Shown in pieces: positions 25,555 through 36,078 of a stretch of DNA of 61,251 nt. Source of the stretch: Rhodospirillales bacterium (GTDB lineage: Bacteria; Pseudomonadota; Alphaproteobacteria; Rhodospirillales; Defluviicoccaceae); assembly GCA_044869575.1 (NCBI GenBank), contig JBIOXH010000253.1:1-61251 (forward strand), in the 5' to 3' direction. The translations under genes were made by a program, and so were the position numbers. The notes beneath the pieces are model-generated. The model did no database searches, had not been told where the DNA came from, and saw nothing but the letters and a program-made list of their open reading frames with translations. Each line of letters begins with the position of its first letter. Position 1 is the stretch's first letter.

Positions 25555-28152
25555 TTACCTTGTTTCGGTCCTGCCTCCAGCCAGCGCCGGCAACCCCATC
25601 GCCGGCCTCTTGCTGGTCACCATCCGTAACTGATAACGCTCGATCGCGACCATCAGTGCCGCAGCAAGGAACGGTAGACTTTGCACCAGCAGCGTCGACG
25701 CGAACAGTGTCATTTCGACGACGTGCATTGTATTGATCGCCATAAGGATGATCGCCGAAAGGGCAAGCGATACCCCTAGCACGGTCTCCCAAAGCGCCGG
25801 ATTGTCGCTCCCGCTCTTTGCGTTGCCGCCCTTTTCAGTACGGCGGAAGGGCAGGCTGTCACGCACCATCCCAATCAACACCGCCCGTGCGACCGTCAGC
25901 TGCAAGCTCATCGCCGCGATCGCCGCGCCGGGAATGTGCCTCAGCGGCATCCGAACCCGCTTTCCGTACAGAAGGACGCAGTGCAGCAGATTGACGATGA
26001 ACGCCGCGAGAATCGGTACGGTGAAGGCGATGGTCGGGATTACCACGCCGACGAAGATCACGACCGGCACCCAAATGAGGTTGAGAATCGAGGCTAGCGT
26101 GCCGAGCGCATCGGAGAACCACAGCGACCACCCCGAGACGAAGTGGAACTTCTGGGCCGGTGAGAGAGTACGCGCGCCTGGCAACATATGTGCCCAGTGC
26201 TTGCGAATGATCTGCATGGCCCCGTAGGCCCAGCGGAATCGCTGCGTCTTGAAAGCCTTGAAGGTGTCCGGCAGGAGGCCCCTACCGTAGCGATAATTGG
26301 TGTACAGCGCCTGATATCCCGCTTCGAACAGGCGCAATCCCAGTTCCGTATCCTCGCAGATCGTATCCGTACCCCACCCGCCGACCTGGTCGAGAGCGGA
26401 GCGCCGAACCATGCACATCGTTCCATGCGTAATGATCGCGTCGTCCTCGTTGCGCTGCACCATGCCGATGTCGAAGAAGCCGGCGTACTCGCTGTTCATC
26501 AGCGTCTTCAGCGGCGATCCCGCGCCATCGCGGTGATCTTGCGGCGCCTGGACAAGCGCGACTTTGGGATCATCGAAGAAAGGCACCAGATCGGTCAGCC
26601 AGTCCTTCTCGACGACGTAATCGGCATCCAGAACGGCGATTACCGAGGCGTCGGGCGCGGTGTGCTCGAGTGCAATGTTAAGAGCGCCCGCCTTGAAGCC
26701 GGAGCAGGTGATATCGAGGAACTTGAAACGTTCGCCGAGTTCGCGGCAGCGGGCCGCCACGGGCGCCGAATAGCGCGCCTCGGGCGTGTTATTGACGATG
26801 ACGACCGCCTCGAAATTCGGGTAGTCGAGGGCCGCTAGACTATTCAACGTCTCGATCACCATCTCCGGCGGCTCTCGATAGGCCGGGATGTGGATGGACA
26901 CCTTCGGAGCCGAGCCATCCAGCTGCCGACGTCCAAGCACATTGATCAGACGGCGCGGCCCCTGCCCGAACAATACCTCGGATAGTTCCTGCACCTTGGT
27001 CAGCGTGATCATCGTCAGCGGCATCAGCATGAGCACGCCGATGACCCACATCACGCTCACGCCGAAGTTCATGTAGTTCTCGAACGGATAGGCCAGGGCC
27101 GCGGCGATGCCGAACGCGAGCGCGTTCGCGCAAAGCGAGAAAGCGAGCGCATGGGCGAGCGTGGGGCGCCGATAGCGCAGTCCCAGAATGCTGAGCAAAA
27201 TGCCGATGGCGAGACCGGCCGCCGCTTTCCAAACAGCGTCTTGTGTCGCGACCAGGCCGGTCATCGGGAACTTGGCGTTATGGTCGGCGTCGAACAGGCC
27301 CCAGTAGGCGCCGACGCTACCTTCGTTCGTCTTCCAGGTCTGGTCGAACGCCTCGACGATGTTGTATTCGATACCGCGGCGCTCCGCCTCGGCGATGAAG
27401 TCGCGGATCACCTCCGCCTGCAGCAGCTGCCCGGGGACGGCATCCAGCCGATTGTAGCCCTGACTGGGCCACCCGAACTCGGCCACGACGATGCGTTTGC
27501 CGGGGTAGGTCTTGCGCAGCAACTCGATCTTCTCGAGGGTGTAGCTCACCGCCTGCTCGGGGGCGATGCCTTCCCAGTAAGGCAGAATGTGCACGGCGAG
27601 AAAGTCGACCGCGCTCACGAGCTTCGGGTTCTCCATCCACTCGTACCAGATCTCGCCAGTCGAGACCGGCACGCGAACCTGCCTTTTGGCCTTTTGGATG
27701 AGCGCGATCAGCTCGTCGGGTGTGCGCTCGGCGCGGAGCAATACCTCGTTACCGATCAACAACGAGCGGACGTTTCGGTGCTGCTTAGCCAACTGCACGA
27801 CCGCTTCGATCTCGGACCTATCGCGCTCCGGACTATCGCCTACCCAGGCGCCGAGCGAGACATTGAGCCCGAGGCGCCCGGCAATCTCCGGCACCTGATC
27901 GATCCCATCAATCGTCGAGTAGGTGCGGACGCCCTGCGCCACACCGGCGACGACCGTAAGATCACTCTCGATCTGCTCGGACGCTATGTTCTGCCGATGC
28001 GTCTTCGGGTCTCCGCCCCGGAGATACGGGCTGTAGGAAACGTAATCGATTGCACCGCCGACGTCGGCCGGAGCCGCTGTCCGATCGGTAAGGTACCAAG
28101 CCGCAGCATGGATAGTCGCCGCGACGGCCATCGCAGTCAGTACGCTTCTCAT
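25555..28152 (-). CDS. ndvB: GH17-GT2 fusion, cyclic beta-(1,3)-glucan synthase (NdvB-like)
   Basis: N-terminal GH17 (VRTYS, IGNEVLLR, HILPYWE, EFGWPS, EAFDQ); C-terminal GT2 (KAGALN, DAD, ICED, QRFRW); transmembrane helices. Confidence 0.85.
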   Translation of the reverse strand: MRSVLTAMAVAATIHAAAWYLTDRTAAPADVGGAIDYVSYSPYLRGGDPKTHRQNIASEQIESDLTVVAGVAQGVRTYSTIDGIDQVPEIAGRLGLNVSLGAWVGDSPERDRSEIEAVVQLAKQHRNVRSLLIGNEVLLRAERTPDELIALIQKAKRQVRVPVSTGEIWYEWMENPKLVSAVDFLAVHILPYWEGIAPEQAVSYTLEKIELLRKTYPGKRIVVAEFGWPSQGYNRLDAVPGQLLQAEVIRDFIAEAERRGIEYNIVEAFDQTWKTNEGSVGAYWGLFDADHNAKFPMTGLVATQDAVWKAAAGLAIGILLSILGLRYRRPTLAHALAFSLCANALAFGIAAALAYPFENYMNFGVSVMWVIGVLMLMPLTMITLTKVQELSEVLFGQGPRRLINVLGRRQLDGSAPKVSIHIPAYREPPEMVIETLNSLAALDYPNFEAVVIVNNTPEARYSAPVAARCRELGERFKFLDITCSGFKAGALNIALEHTAPDASVIAVLDADYVVEKDWLTDLVPFFDDPKVALVQAPQDHRDGAGSPLKTLMNSEYAGFFDIGMVQRNEDDAIITHGTMCMVRRSALDQVGGWGTDTICEDTELGLRLFEAGYQALYTNYRYGRGLLPDTFKAFKTQRFRWAYGAMQIIRKHWAHMLPGARTLSPAQKFHFVSGWSLWFSDALGTLASILNLIWVPVVIFVGVVIPTIAFTVPILAAFIVNLLHCVLLYGKRVRMPLRHIPGAAIAAMSLQLTVARAVLIGMVRDSLPFRRTEKGGNAKSGSDNPALWETVLGVSLALSAIILMAINTMHVVEMTLFASTLLVQSLPFLAAALMVAIERYQLRMVTSKRPAMGLPALAGGRTETR

Positions 28153-28289
28153 GGAATTACCGAGGTGATGAGGGTGGGTGACGATATGCTCGTTGCCCTA
28201 TCGCAGCGGCCTTAGGAGCCGCAAGTTGATAATATAGGTCGGGTTTGTGTCACCATTTGGGCGTTCTTCTTCTTTTTGCAATGGCCCAT

Positions 28290-28832
28290 TCATTTCGGTC
28301 GGCTGTCGGCCGGTTTGGGCACCGGGGGCGAAGAAAATGCCGGTGCGCCCAAGCCTTTCTCGCCGGCATCCGCCGGCACTGGGGGCGCGGGATCGGTCCA
28401 GCACTGCGCAATCCTGTCGGCCAGCACCTCGTTCTCCAACGTGCCGCTCTTGACGGCGCAGGCGAATGACTTGTGCAGATGATCTTCCGGGCAGCCGAAT
28501 CGTGTGTAGAACGGCAAGAAGTCGGTGCCGGTCACCGGATCATCGCGAAACAGTAGGCCTACTATGCGCTGACCCAACCAGGCGCACTCTTCCCGCAGCG
28601 CCGGATTTTGTTGCTGTCCTTCGGGCGGCACGATCGGCCGCGGAGGCGGCGTCCGCTCTCGCACCTTCTGCTCGCGTTCCGGCATTGCGCGTTGTTGTTC
28701 AGAAGCGCCATTCCCTGACAGCCTATCTGGCTGTGCTCGGTACTGCGCGCTGGCGAGATTTCCTATCGGTCCGGTCATGCCGAGGCACAGGACCAGAGCC
28801 GCCGCCGCGATCGCGACCCGCAATGCGTTCAT
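28290..28832 (-). CDS. secreted beta-glucan biosynthesis accessory protein (NdvD-like)
   Basis: signal peptide; ECAWLGQRIVGLLFRDD..FYTRFGCP..FAC..QCW four-Cys core; directly upstream of the ndvB-like gene. Confidence 0.65.
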   Translation of the reverse strand: MNALRVAIAAAALVLCLGMTGPIGNLASAQYRAQPDRLSGNGASEQQRAMPEREQKVRERTPPPRPIVPPEGQQQNPALREECAWLGQRIVGLLFRDDPVTGTDFLPFYTRFGCPEDHLHKSFACAVKSGTLENEVLADRIAQCWTDPAPPVPADAGEKGLGAPAFSSPPVPKPADSRPK

Positions 28833-29081
28833 CTTTGTCCCGTTGCTCCCGCAAAAACGGCTGTTTAGCGTAAGCCATCAGCCGATGCAATCGCCCCTGG
28901 GCCGCTTATCGCGGGCTAGCGCCCGATGGTTCCGAGCCTCGCCATCACCGGTCGTGCCAAGAGAGAGAAGTAAGGTGTCATCGGGCTCGGGCGAGCTTCG
29001 CAAGCGGGCCGACCGACTGTTTCTTGCCGAGACCGGCATCGAATTGGCTGCTGTTTACATGGCAGGCCGCGCGACGGCGGA

Positions 29082-31289
29082 TCAAGCCGCGGGAGGCAGC
29101 AACACCGTGTATCGACAGCCGGATTGCGAGCTGTCGATCACGAGATCACCGTCCAGGCTTCGCGCGAAACCCTGGACCAGCTTCATGCCAAGGCCAGCGC
29201 TCTGCTCGGGAACGAAGCCTTCGGGCAAACCATGGCCATTGTCGGCGACCGAGAGCCGCCGATATCCATCGGATTGCACCTGAAAGGTAACCGAGATCGT
29301 GCCGTAGGGCTTGCCGTTGAAAGCGTGCTTGAGCGCGTTCGTAACCAACTCGTTCACGAGCAAGCCGACGGCCAGCGCTTGATCCGTGGCCATTTCGAAT
29401 GGCTCGGCCTGGACAACGATAGACACCCCGCTGTCTGTCTGTGGCGCCGCCCTCTCAAGGGTATGGCATAAGTCACGTAGATATTGCGCCATCTCAATCT
29501 TGTGCGCTGCTTCGGCTTGCCTACAGAAATGCTCATGTGCTCGAGCAATGACGAGAACGCGCTGGTCCGCGTCGGACAATTTCTGACGGAGGTGTTTGTC
29601 TTGGCTATGGGCGACTTGTAGCCTAAGCATTGCGGAAACCGACTGAAGGCTGTTCTTCACCCGATGATTGATCTCCCTCAGGAGCAGGTCCTTCTGCGCC
29701 AGCAACGCTTCCTTGTCTCGCAGCACTTTGGCGAGCTCCGCTTCGGCCGCCTTGCGTTCGCTTACGTCGAAGAGAGCGCCGATGAGTCGCTTGCTGCCGT
29801 CCGAAGCGCGCGCATTCGAGCCACGGGCGACAACCCAGCGGTGTGTCCCATCGGGGCACACTATTCGAAATTCGATGGAGAACTCGCCCTCCCGCTCGAT
29901 GAGCGCCTGCGTCTCCCGCCTTAAACGTGGAACATCTTCCGGATGAACGCTACGAACGTAGTCGGCAATGGAGCGAAGCCGCCCATCCGGTGACAGCCCA
30001 AACATGACGTCCGCACTTTCCGAGGCGACGACGCGCCGGGTGATCGGATCGAACTCCCAGGTCCCCATCCGGCCGACTTCCATCGCCAGGCGCAGCCAAG
30101 CTTCCGCTCTGGATCTCTCCTGTTCGGCGCGATCGCGTTCTTCGGAGCGCTTGCGCAAGAGTGGCGATGCAGATGCCAACGATCGCGCGACTTCTTCTGC
30201 CTCGCGAAGCTTGAACGTCGGGATTTCCACCCGCTCACCCAAACCTACGGCCAATGCCGGCGCGGTCAGCGCCCGTATCGGCTGAGCAATACGCCTGCCG
30301 ATGAACGAGGCAAGAGCAAGACCCGCCGCCAGCAGCACCAGAACACCGCCGGCGGTGACCCACATCGATCGCCATACCTGCTCGTTCAGTTCGGCGCGCG
30401 GGATTTCGATCGCCACCGACCACGCGGAGAAGGACGCGCGGCTGAACGCAGTGAACACGGGAGTGTCCTCGAGCGTGAGGGTTACGATCACACCTTCGTT
30501 CTTTTCGGCCAACTCGTCCAACAACTTGGGCGAGAAGCGCTGGCCGACAAAGCGTTCCGGGGAGACGGTGCGTGCGACGATCGTACCGGTGCTGTCGGCA
30601 ATTGTTCCCACCCACCCTGGCGGCAAGCTCTGCTTACGCAGAAGCGTGCCCACCAGTTCGGCCGGCACAACCATTGCCATGTCGTAGACTGCCCTGTCAT
30701 CGCGAACGATAGGCGCGCCGACAGCCACCATTGGCTTCTGCGTCAGCTCGCCCACGAACAGATGCGAGATGGCGGGCCGGCCGCTTTCGACCACAGGATG
30801 AATGAGCGCCTGGTCGGCACGGGGCGGCAGCTGCTCCCCGGGTTGCCGCGATGTATTCATGAGTTGCCGGCCGGACCGGTCGGCAAGCGACAAGCTGGCG
30901 CCGGGATAATCACGCAGCGCCGCTTGAGCTTGACGATGGAAGGCGGCGAGATTGCCGTCGAGGAACGGCGACGTGGCGAGCGCGTTGATGGTGGCGATCA
31001 TTCCCGCGAACTCGGCGTCGATGGCGAGAGTCAGGGCGCGCGCCGTTTCGAGTGAGTGCCGCTCGAGAATGCGTCTTTGGTCTTCATAAGAACGCCAGAT
31101 GAGGATGACGGAAGGAACACACGTCAGCACCACCCAGACGATTGTGAAACCAGCGAGCCAACCGGGGACGCCGAAGCTCGACGAACTGCGTCGGGCAGCC
31201 GCCACCTGCCGATTCGCGGTGGTCGTCCGCGCCGTGGAAGAGCCGCTAGGCCCGACCTGCGGCACCAGCTGCTGGCGTGACTTCATCAT
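29082..31289 (-). CDS. membrane sensor histidine kinase (Cache-TM-PAS-HisKA_2/HWE-HATPase)
   Basis: two TM helices flanking a periplasmic domain; PAS (MGTWEFD, VHPED); EINHRVKNSLQ H-box; NELVTNALKHAF, DNGHG, GLG. Confidence 0.9.
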   Translation of the reverse strand: MMKSRQQLVPQVGPSGSSTARTTTANRQVAAARRSSSSFGVPGWLAGFTIVWVVLTCVPSVILIWRSYEDQRRILERHSLETARALTLAIDAEFAGMIATINALATSPFLDGNLAAFHRQAQAALRDYPGASLSLADRSGRQLMNTSRQPGEQLPPRADQALIHPVVESGRPAISHLFVGELTQKPMVAVGAPIVRDDRAVYDMAMVVPAELVGTLLRKQSLPPGWVGTIADSTGTIVARTVSPERFVGQRFSPKLLDELAEKNEGVIVTLTLEDTPVFTAFSRASFSAWSVAIEIPRAELNEQVWRSMWVTAGGVLVLLAAGLALASFIGRRIAQPIRALTAPALAVGLGERVEIPTFKLREAEEVARSLASASPLLRKRSEERDRAEQERSRAEAWLRLAMEVGRMGTWEFDPITRRVVASESADVMFGLSPDGRLRSIADYVRSVHPEDVPRLRRETQALIEREGEFSIEFRIVCPDGTHRWVVARGSNARASDGSKRLIGALFDVSERKAAEAELAKVLRDKEALLAQKDLLLREINHRVKNSLQSVSAMLRLQVAHSQDKHLRQKLSDADQRVLVIARAHEHFCRQAEAAHKIEMAQYLRDLCHTLERAAPQTDSGVSIVVQAEPFEMATDQALAVGLLVNELVTNALKHAFNGKPYGTISVTFQVQSDGYRRLSVADNGHGLPEGFVPEQSAGLGMKLVQGFARSLDGDLVIDSSQSGCRYTVLLPPAA

Positions 31290-31868
31290 CTCGACGAGGC
31301 TCTCACCCCAGCCTGCGGGCTCCAGCAGCCCTTCGTTGGCAGGCCGTCGATACAGTCCCGCTTTCGATCTCACATCATACACAGAGTCCGCGGGCCTCGT
31401 AAAATTTCTCAACACGATCAGCCGAAGCGATGGTTGAGATGAACGAGGCGTACGCACAGCGTTCGATTGGCCGTGTGATACCACCAATATCCATTGGGCT
31501 ACAGCCTTCCAACGCCACGGTTACAATTCCATAGCAGTTTACGTTGGGTGCTTGGAAGGCGAGTCGAAGAACGCTCGGAAGCCGGCCGCACCTACTTCTT
31601 AGCTGAGCCAGCGAGGCTTTCTCTGCCGCATCCCGATGGTCGCCGAGGTTGCATGCAGTTGGATGAAAACCGACGATTCAGGCTCATGCGGCACTGGTTG
31701 CTGATTTCACAACAGCCAGGCGAATACGGAGCCCTTCCGCCGTTTACGGCGTTCCGTAAGCGATGAACCAATCAACGCTCCGGAGGCCGCGATTGTCCCG
31801 GGCATGCAGGTGGTGCAGGATCGTTGCACTATCGCGCATGAAGCTGTCCCTGTGCCGAGGTTTCGCCA

Positions 31869-33665
31869 ATGACTGCCTACGCCGCTCCCCTCGCCGACAT
31901 GCGCTTCGTCATCCGCGAGATCGCCGATTTGAAAGCGGTCCGGACACTGCCCGGTTATGAGGAAGCCACCGACGATTTGGTCGACGCGATTCTCGAGGAG
32001 GCCGGGCGACTAGGCGCCGAGGTGCTGGGCCCGCTGAACGCCTCCGGCGATCGGCAGGGCTGTCGCTGGGAGAACGGCGTGGTGCGCGTGCCCGACGGCT
32101 TCGTCGACGCCTACCGGCAATTCGTGGAAGGCGGCTGGAACAGCCTGGCGTTTCCGACAGAGTATGGCGGGCAGGGTCTTCCGTATCTGCTGGCGACGGC
32201 CGTCGGCGAAATCTGGAACGCCGCCAACATGGCGTTCGGGCTCTGCCCGATGCTGACGCAAGCGGCGGCGGAACTGCTGCTGCATCACGGCGACGAGCGG
32301 ACGCGCGCCGACTACCTGCCGAAGCTGGTCTCCGGCGAGTGGACGGGAACGATGCTGCTGACCGAATCGCAGGCCGGCTCGGATTTGGCGCGCGTGCGCA
32401 CCAGGGCGAGGCCGGAAGGCGGGCATTACAGGATCTCCGGGCAGAAGATCTTTATTACCTACGGCGAGCATGACCTTGCCCCGAACATCATCCACGCCGT
32501 CCTCGCCCGCACACCGAACGCGCCCGAGGGCGCCCGGGGCCTGTCGCTTTTCCTCGTGCCGAAGTTCCTGGTGCAGGAAGACGGCCGTATCGGACAGCGC
32601 AATGACCTTCGCTGCGTGTCGATCGAACACAAGCTGGGGATCAACGCGAGTCCCACGGCGGTGATTTCGCTCGGGGACGACGGCGGGGCGATCGGCTTCC
32701 TGATCGGCGAAGAGAACCGGGGACTGGGCCTGATGTTCACGATGATGAACAATGCGCGGCTGGCGGTCGGCCTGGAGGGGATCGGCGTCGCCGACCGCGC
32801 GTTCCAGCAGGCGCGCGGCTACGCATTCGAACGCGTGCAGGGGCGGCAACTCGGCGGCGAGGATCCCCAGGCGGTGGCGATTGTCCGCCACCCGGACGTG
32901 CAGCGCATGCTGTTGACGATGAAGTCGCAGACCGAAGCAGCGCGCGCCCTCACCTACTTCACCGCCGCCGCCGTGGATACCGCGCGCCGTCACGCCGATC
33001 AGGAAACCCGTCGCCGCCGTCAACGTCTGGTCGATCTACTGACGCCGGTGGTCAAGGCGTGGTGCACCGACATCGGCATCGATGTCGCCGACTGCGGCAT
33101 CCAGGTGCACGGGGGCATCGGCTACATCGAGGAGAGCGGCGTGCCGCAGTTGCTGCGAGACGCCCGGATCGCCGCGATCTACGAAGGGACAAACGGCATC
33201 CAGGCGCTGGATCTGGTCGGCCGAAAGGTCGCGGGCGATGGGGGCGCGGCCATTCGCGATCTGGTCGCCGTCATGGTGTCGGCGGACGCCGACTTTGCGC
33301 AGGTGCGAGACGCCGATGTCCAAGCGATTCGCGGTCGCTTGGCGCGAGCTGTGGCCGATTTGACGGGCGCGACCGACTGGCTGCTGGAGAACTACCTGGG
33401 GGAGCCCAGGCGGGTCTTCACCGGTGCGGTGTTTTATCTACGGCTGCTCGGTAACGTCGTTGGCGGCTGGCTGATGGCGACGGCGGCAACAAAAGCCGCC
33501 ACCCAGCTCGCCGAAGCTGGCGGCGACCGGGCGTTCTTGTCCGCTAAGCTGAAGAGCGCTCGCCATTTCGCTGACACACGACTTGCCGAGAGCGGGGCGC
33601 TGCGGCGGAAATTCGTCGCGGCCGGCGACGCGCTGGAGGGGTTCGACCCCGACCTTCACCTCTGA
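31869..33665 (+). CDS. acyl-CoA dehydrogenase (long-form, DmdC-like family)
   Basis: GGQGLP, GTMLLTESQAGSDL, GQKIFITYGEHD, EHKLGI, MMNNARL, QVHGGIGYIEE, YEGTNGIQALDL. Confidence 0.93.
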   Translation: MTAYAAPLADMRFVIREIADLKAVRTLPGYEEATDDLVDAILEEAGRLGAEVLGPLNASGDRQGCRWENGVVRVPDGFVDAYRQFVEGGWNSLAFPTEYGGQGLPYLLATAVGEIWNAANMAFGLCPMLTQAAAELLLHHGDERTRADYLPKLVSGEWTGTMLLTESQAGSDLARVRTRARPEGGHYRISGQKIFITYGEHDLAPNIIHAVLARTPNAPEGARGLSLFLVPKFLVQEDGRIGQRNDLRCVSIEHKLGINASPTAVISLGDDGGAIGFLIGEENRGLGLMFTMMNNARLAVGLEGIGVADRAFQQARGYAFERVQGRQLGGEDPQAVAIVRHPDVQRMLLTMKSQTEAARALTYFTAAAVDTARRHADQETRRRRQRLVDLLTPVVKAWCTDIGIDVADCGIQVHGGIGYIEESGVPQLLRDARIAAIYEGTNGIQALDLVGRKVAGDGGAAIRDLVAVMVSADADFAQVRDADVQAIRGRLARAVADLTGATDWLLENYLGEPRRVFTGAVFYLRLLGNVVGGWLMATAATKAATQLAEAGGDRAFLSAKLKSARHFADTRLAESGALRRKFVAAGDALEGFDPDLHL

Positions 33666-33828
33666 TCGCTCTTGGCCGGGCCGCGCGCCTCCTGCGGCTA
33701 GAGGTACACTGACCGTCATTCCTCCAGCCGTTCCGCCTTGATTGCCGCCGGCTTTTCTCGCAGGCTCTGGCGCCTGTGAAGCGGGTTTGCCGCAATCGCG
33801 TCGGCCAGGTGCTCAGATCAAACAGACC

Positions 33829-35979
33829 ATGCGCACTCGCATCAGCAGCCACTGCCTGCGCCGGGTATTTGCCGGGCTGTGTCTCGGGGCGGTGGGATGG
33901 ACAGCGCAGGCTGGAGCGGTCGAGCCGGTTGCGATGGACCAGTTTATCCAGTTCCAGTCGGACGAACTGACCTATGACAATCGCGGCAAGATCACCCGGG
34001 CGACCGGCAACGTCGTGGCGGTGCAGGCTGGGCGGCGCTTGGCCGCCGACACCGTTACTTATAATGAGCTGCAAAACGTCGTGACCGCCGAGGGTAACGT
34101 CACGGTTTACGAGCCTTCTGGCGAAGTGATCTCCGCGAAGTCGCTGCAGCTCACCGGAGATCTCAAGTCCGGCGTTATCGAGGATATGCGGGCCGTCCTC
34201 GCCGATGGCGCACGACTCAGCGCCGAGCGTGGCGAGCGCCGCGAGGGCACGATCACGAGCGCGCGGAATGCCACATATACGCCCTGCTTCCTGTGCGCCG
34301 ACGATCCTATGCGGGCGCCGTTATGGCAGGTCCGCGCCGCCAAAGTGCTGCACAATCAGGATAAGCGGACGATCGAGTTCAGCCATTCCTGGCTCGATCT
34401 ATCTGGGATACCGGTCGCCTACGTCCCCTTCATCAATCAGCCGGACCCTTCCGTAAAGCGCAAGAGCGGGCTGCTGATTCCAGGGTTCGGGCAATCGTCG
34501 GACCTCGGTTTTATCGTCCAGACGCCCTACTACATCGTCCTCTCGGATGCGCAAGACCTGACCATAACACCGTGGGTGACGACGAATGAAGGACCCGTTC
34601 TCGAGGCGCAATATCGGCAAGCGCTGCGGCACGGCGATATCGACGTCAGCGGCAGCGCCACCTACGACTCGCATGGGCGCTTCCTAGGACACGTAATAGG
34701 AGAATCGCGATACGACTTCAACCGCGATTGGCGCGGCGGGCTCGACCTCCAGCGCGCCTCCGGCCGGACCTACCTCCGCCGCTACGATTTCGGCAACCAA
34801 CGCACCCTCACCTCCAGAGCCTACGGCGAGAATTTCAGAGGCTCCCGAAACTATCTGGTCGGCAACGCCATAGCGTTCCAAAACTTCCAGGACGACGTCG
34901 ATCAGGACACCATCCCGTACGTCGCGCCGTTCATCGACTACTTCTATGTTGGCGATCGCGACCGGTTCGGCGGACGGACCGATGTGCGTCTGGACACGGT
35001 AACACTTACTCGCGAGGACGGAACCAACACACGGCGCCTGTCCGCCAGGGCGCAATACCAACGCCCCTTCGTGGGCCCGATCGGCGACCTGCTGACGGTA
35101 TCCACGGCGTTGTGGAGCGACGGCTACAACGTCGAAGATCAGACCACGGCCGACCGGCAGGAAAGTTACACTGGCTTTAGCGGCCGGGTGTTTCCACAGG
35201 CCAGCGCGCAATGGCGACTGCCGTTGCTGCGGCAGGGCGAGAATGTGCAGCAGATTATCGAGCCGATTGGCGAGCTGATTTTCGCCCCCAACTTCGGCAA
35301 TCCAAGCCGTATCCCTAATGAAGATAGTCAAAACTTCGAGTTACAGGAAACCAACCTGTTCGGATTCGACCGTTTGCCGGGGATCGACCGCGTCGACGAG
35401 GGGTCCCGCGCGAACTACGGGTTGAGCTGGACTCTATACGGCTTCGACGGCATGCGGGCGTCAACGTTCGTGGGGCAAAGTTACCAATTCTACAAGGACA
35501 AGACCTTCGGCGAGGGGACCGGTTTGCAAGACAACGTCTCCGACATAGTCAGCGCTGTCGACCTCACGCCTGCGCCCTGGCTCGACCTGCTCTATCGAAA
35601 CCGTCTTGATCACGCTTCGTTCGATTTCCGCCGCAATGAATTGACCGCCCTCGTCGGTGTTGATGCCGTCCGGTTCGGGACGACATACGTGCGGTACGAC
35701 GGACAGCCACAGAATGAGCTGCGGGGCAGCGAGGAGATCCAGTATACGATCGACACCAAACTGACGCGACTGTGGCGCACCCGCTTTTTCGGTATCACAG
35801 ACCTGCAAGCGGATACCCAGAGGGAGATCGGTGCGCGGCTGATATACGAGGACGAGTGTTTGTTTTTCTTGACCCAGCTGGCTCGCGAAAATTACCGGGA
35901 CAGGGATCTGAAGCCCAGCAACACCATCTTCTTCAGGCTCGGCTTCAAGACGCTGGGCGACGTCGGCGTCGGCTTTTAG
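33829..35979 (+). CDS. lptD: LPS assembly protein
   Basis: OstA-like N-domain (ATGNV, YTPC..C..PLWQ), RKSGLLIP, IPNEDS, YEDEC, beta-barrel ending in F; context lptD-surA-pdxA-rsmA. Confidence 0.93.
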   Translation: MRTRISSHCLRRVFAGLCLGAVGWTAQAGAVEPVAMDQFIQFQSDELTYDNRGKITRATGNVVAVQAGRRLAADTVTYNELQNVVTAEGNVTVYEPSGEVISAKSLQLTGDLKSGVIEDMRAVLADGARLSAERGERREGTITSARNATYTPCFLCADDPMRAPLWQVRAAKVLHNQDKRTIEFSHSWLDLSGIPVAYVPFINQPDPSVKRKSGLLIPGFGQSSDLGFIVQTPYYIVLSDAQDLTITPWVTTNEGPVLEAQYRQALRHGDIDVSGSATYDSHGRFLGHVIGESRYDFNRDWRGGLDLQRASGRTYLRRYDFGNQRTLTSRAYGENFRGSRNYLVGNAIAFQNFQDDVDQDTIPYVAPFIDYFYVGDRDRFGGRTDVRLDTVTLTREDGTNTRRLSARAQYQRPFVGPIGDLLTVSTALWSDGYNVEDQTTADRQESYTGFSGRVFPQASAQWRLPLLRQGENVQQIIEPIGELIFAPNFGNPSRIPNEDSQNFELQETNLFGFDRLPGIDRVDEGSRANYGLSWTLYGFDGMRASTFVGQSYQFYKDKTFGEGTGLQDNVSDIVSAVDLTPAPWLDLLYRNRLDHASFDFRRNELTALVGVDAVRFGTTYVRYDGQPQNELRGSEEIQYTIDTKLTRLWRTRFFGITDLQADTQREIGARLIYEDECLFFLTQLARENYRDRDLKPSNTIFFRLGFKTLGDVGVGF

Positions 35980-36078
35980 CCCCGGCGACGGGATGATTTG
36001 CCGCTCGCCGCCCTGTCCGCCTATTATCGCCCTCCGTCTTGGTAAGAAAGACCTTTTCAGGTCTTAAGGTAGATAGCG

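Noticed and set aside
31494-31766. 90-aa ORF in the kinase/acyl-CoA dehydrogenase intergenic region
   Set aside because: TTG start without an RBS, no motifs; more likely divergent promoter DNA.
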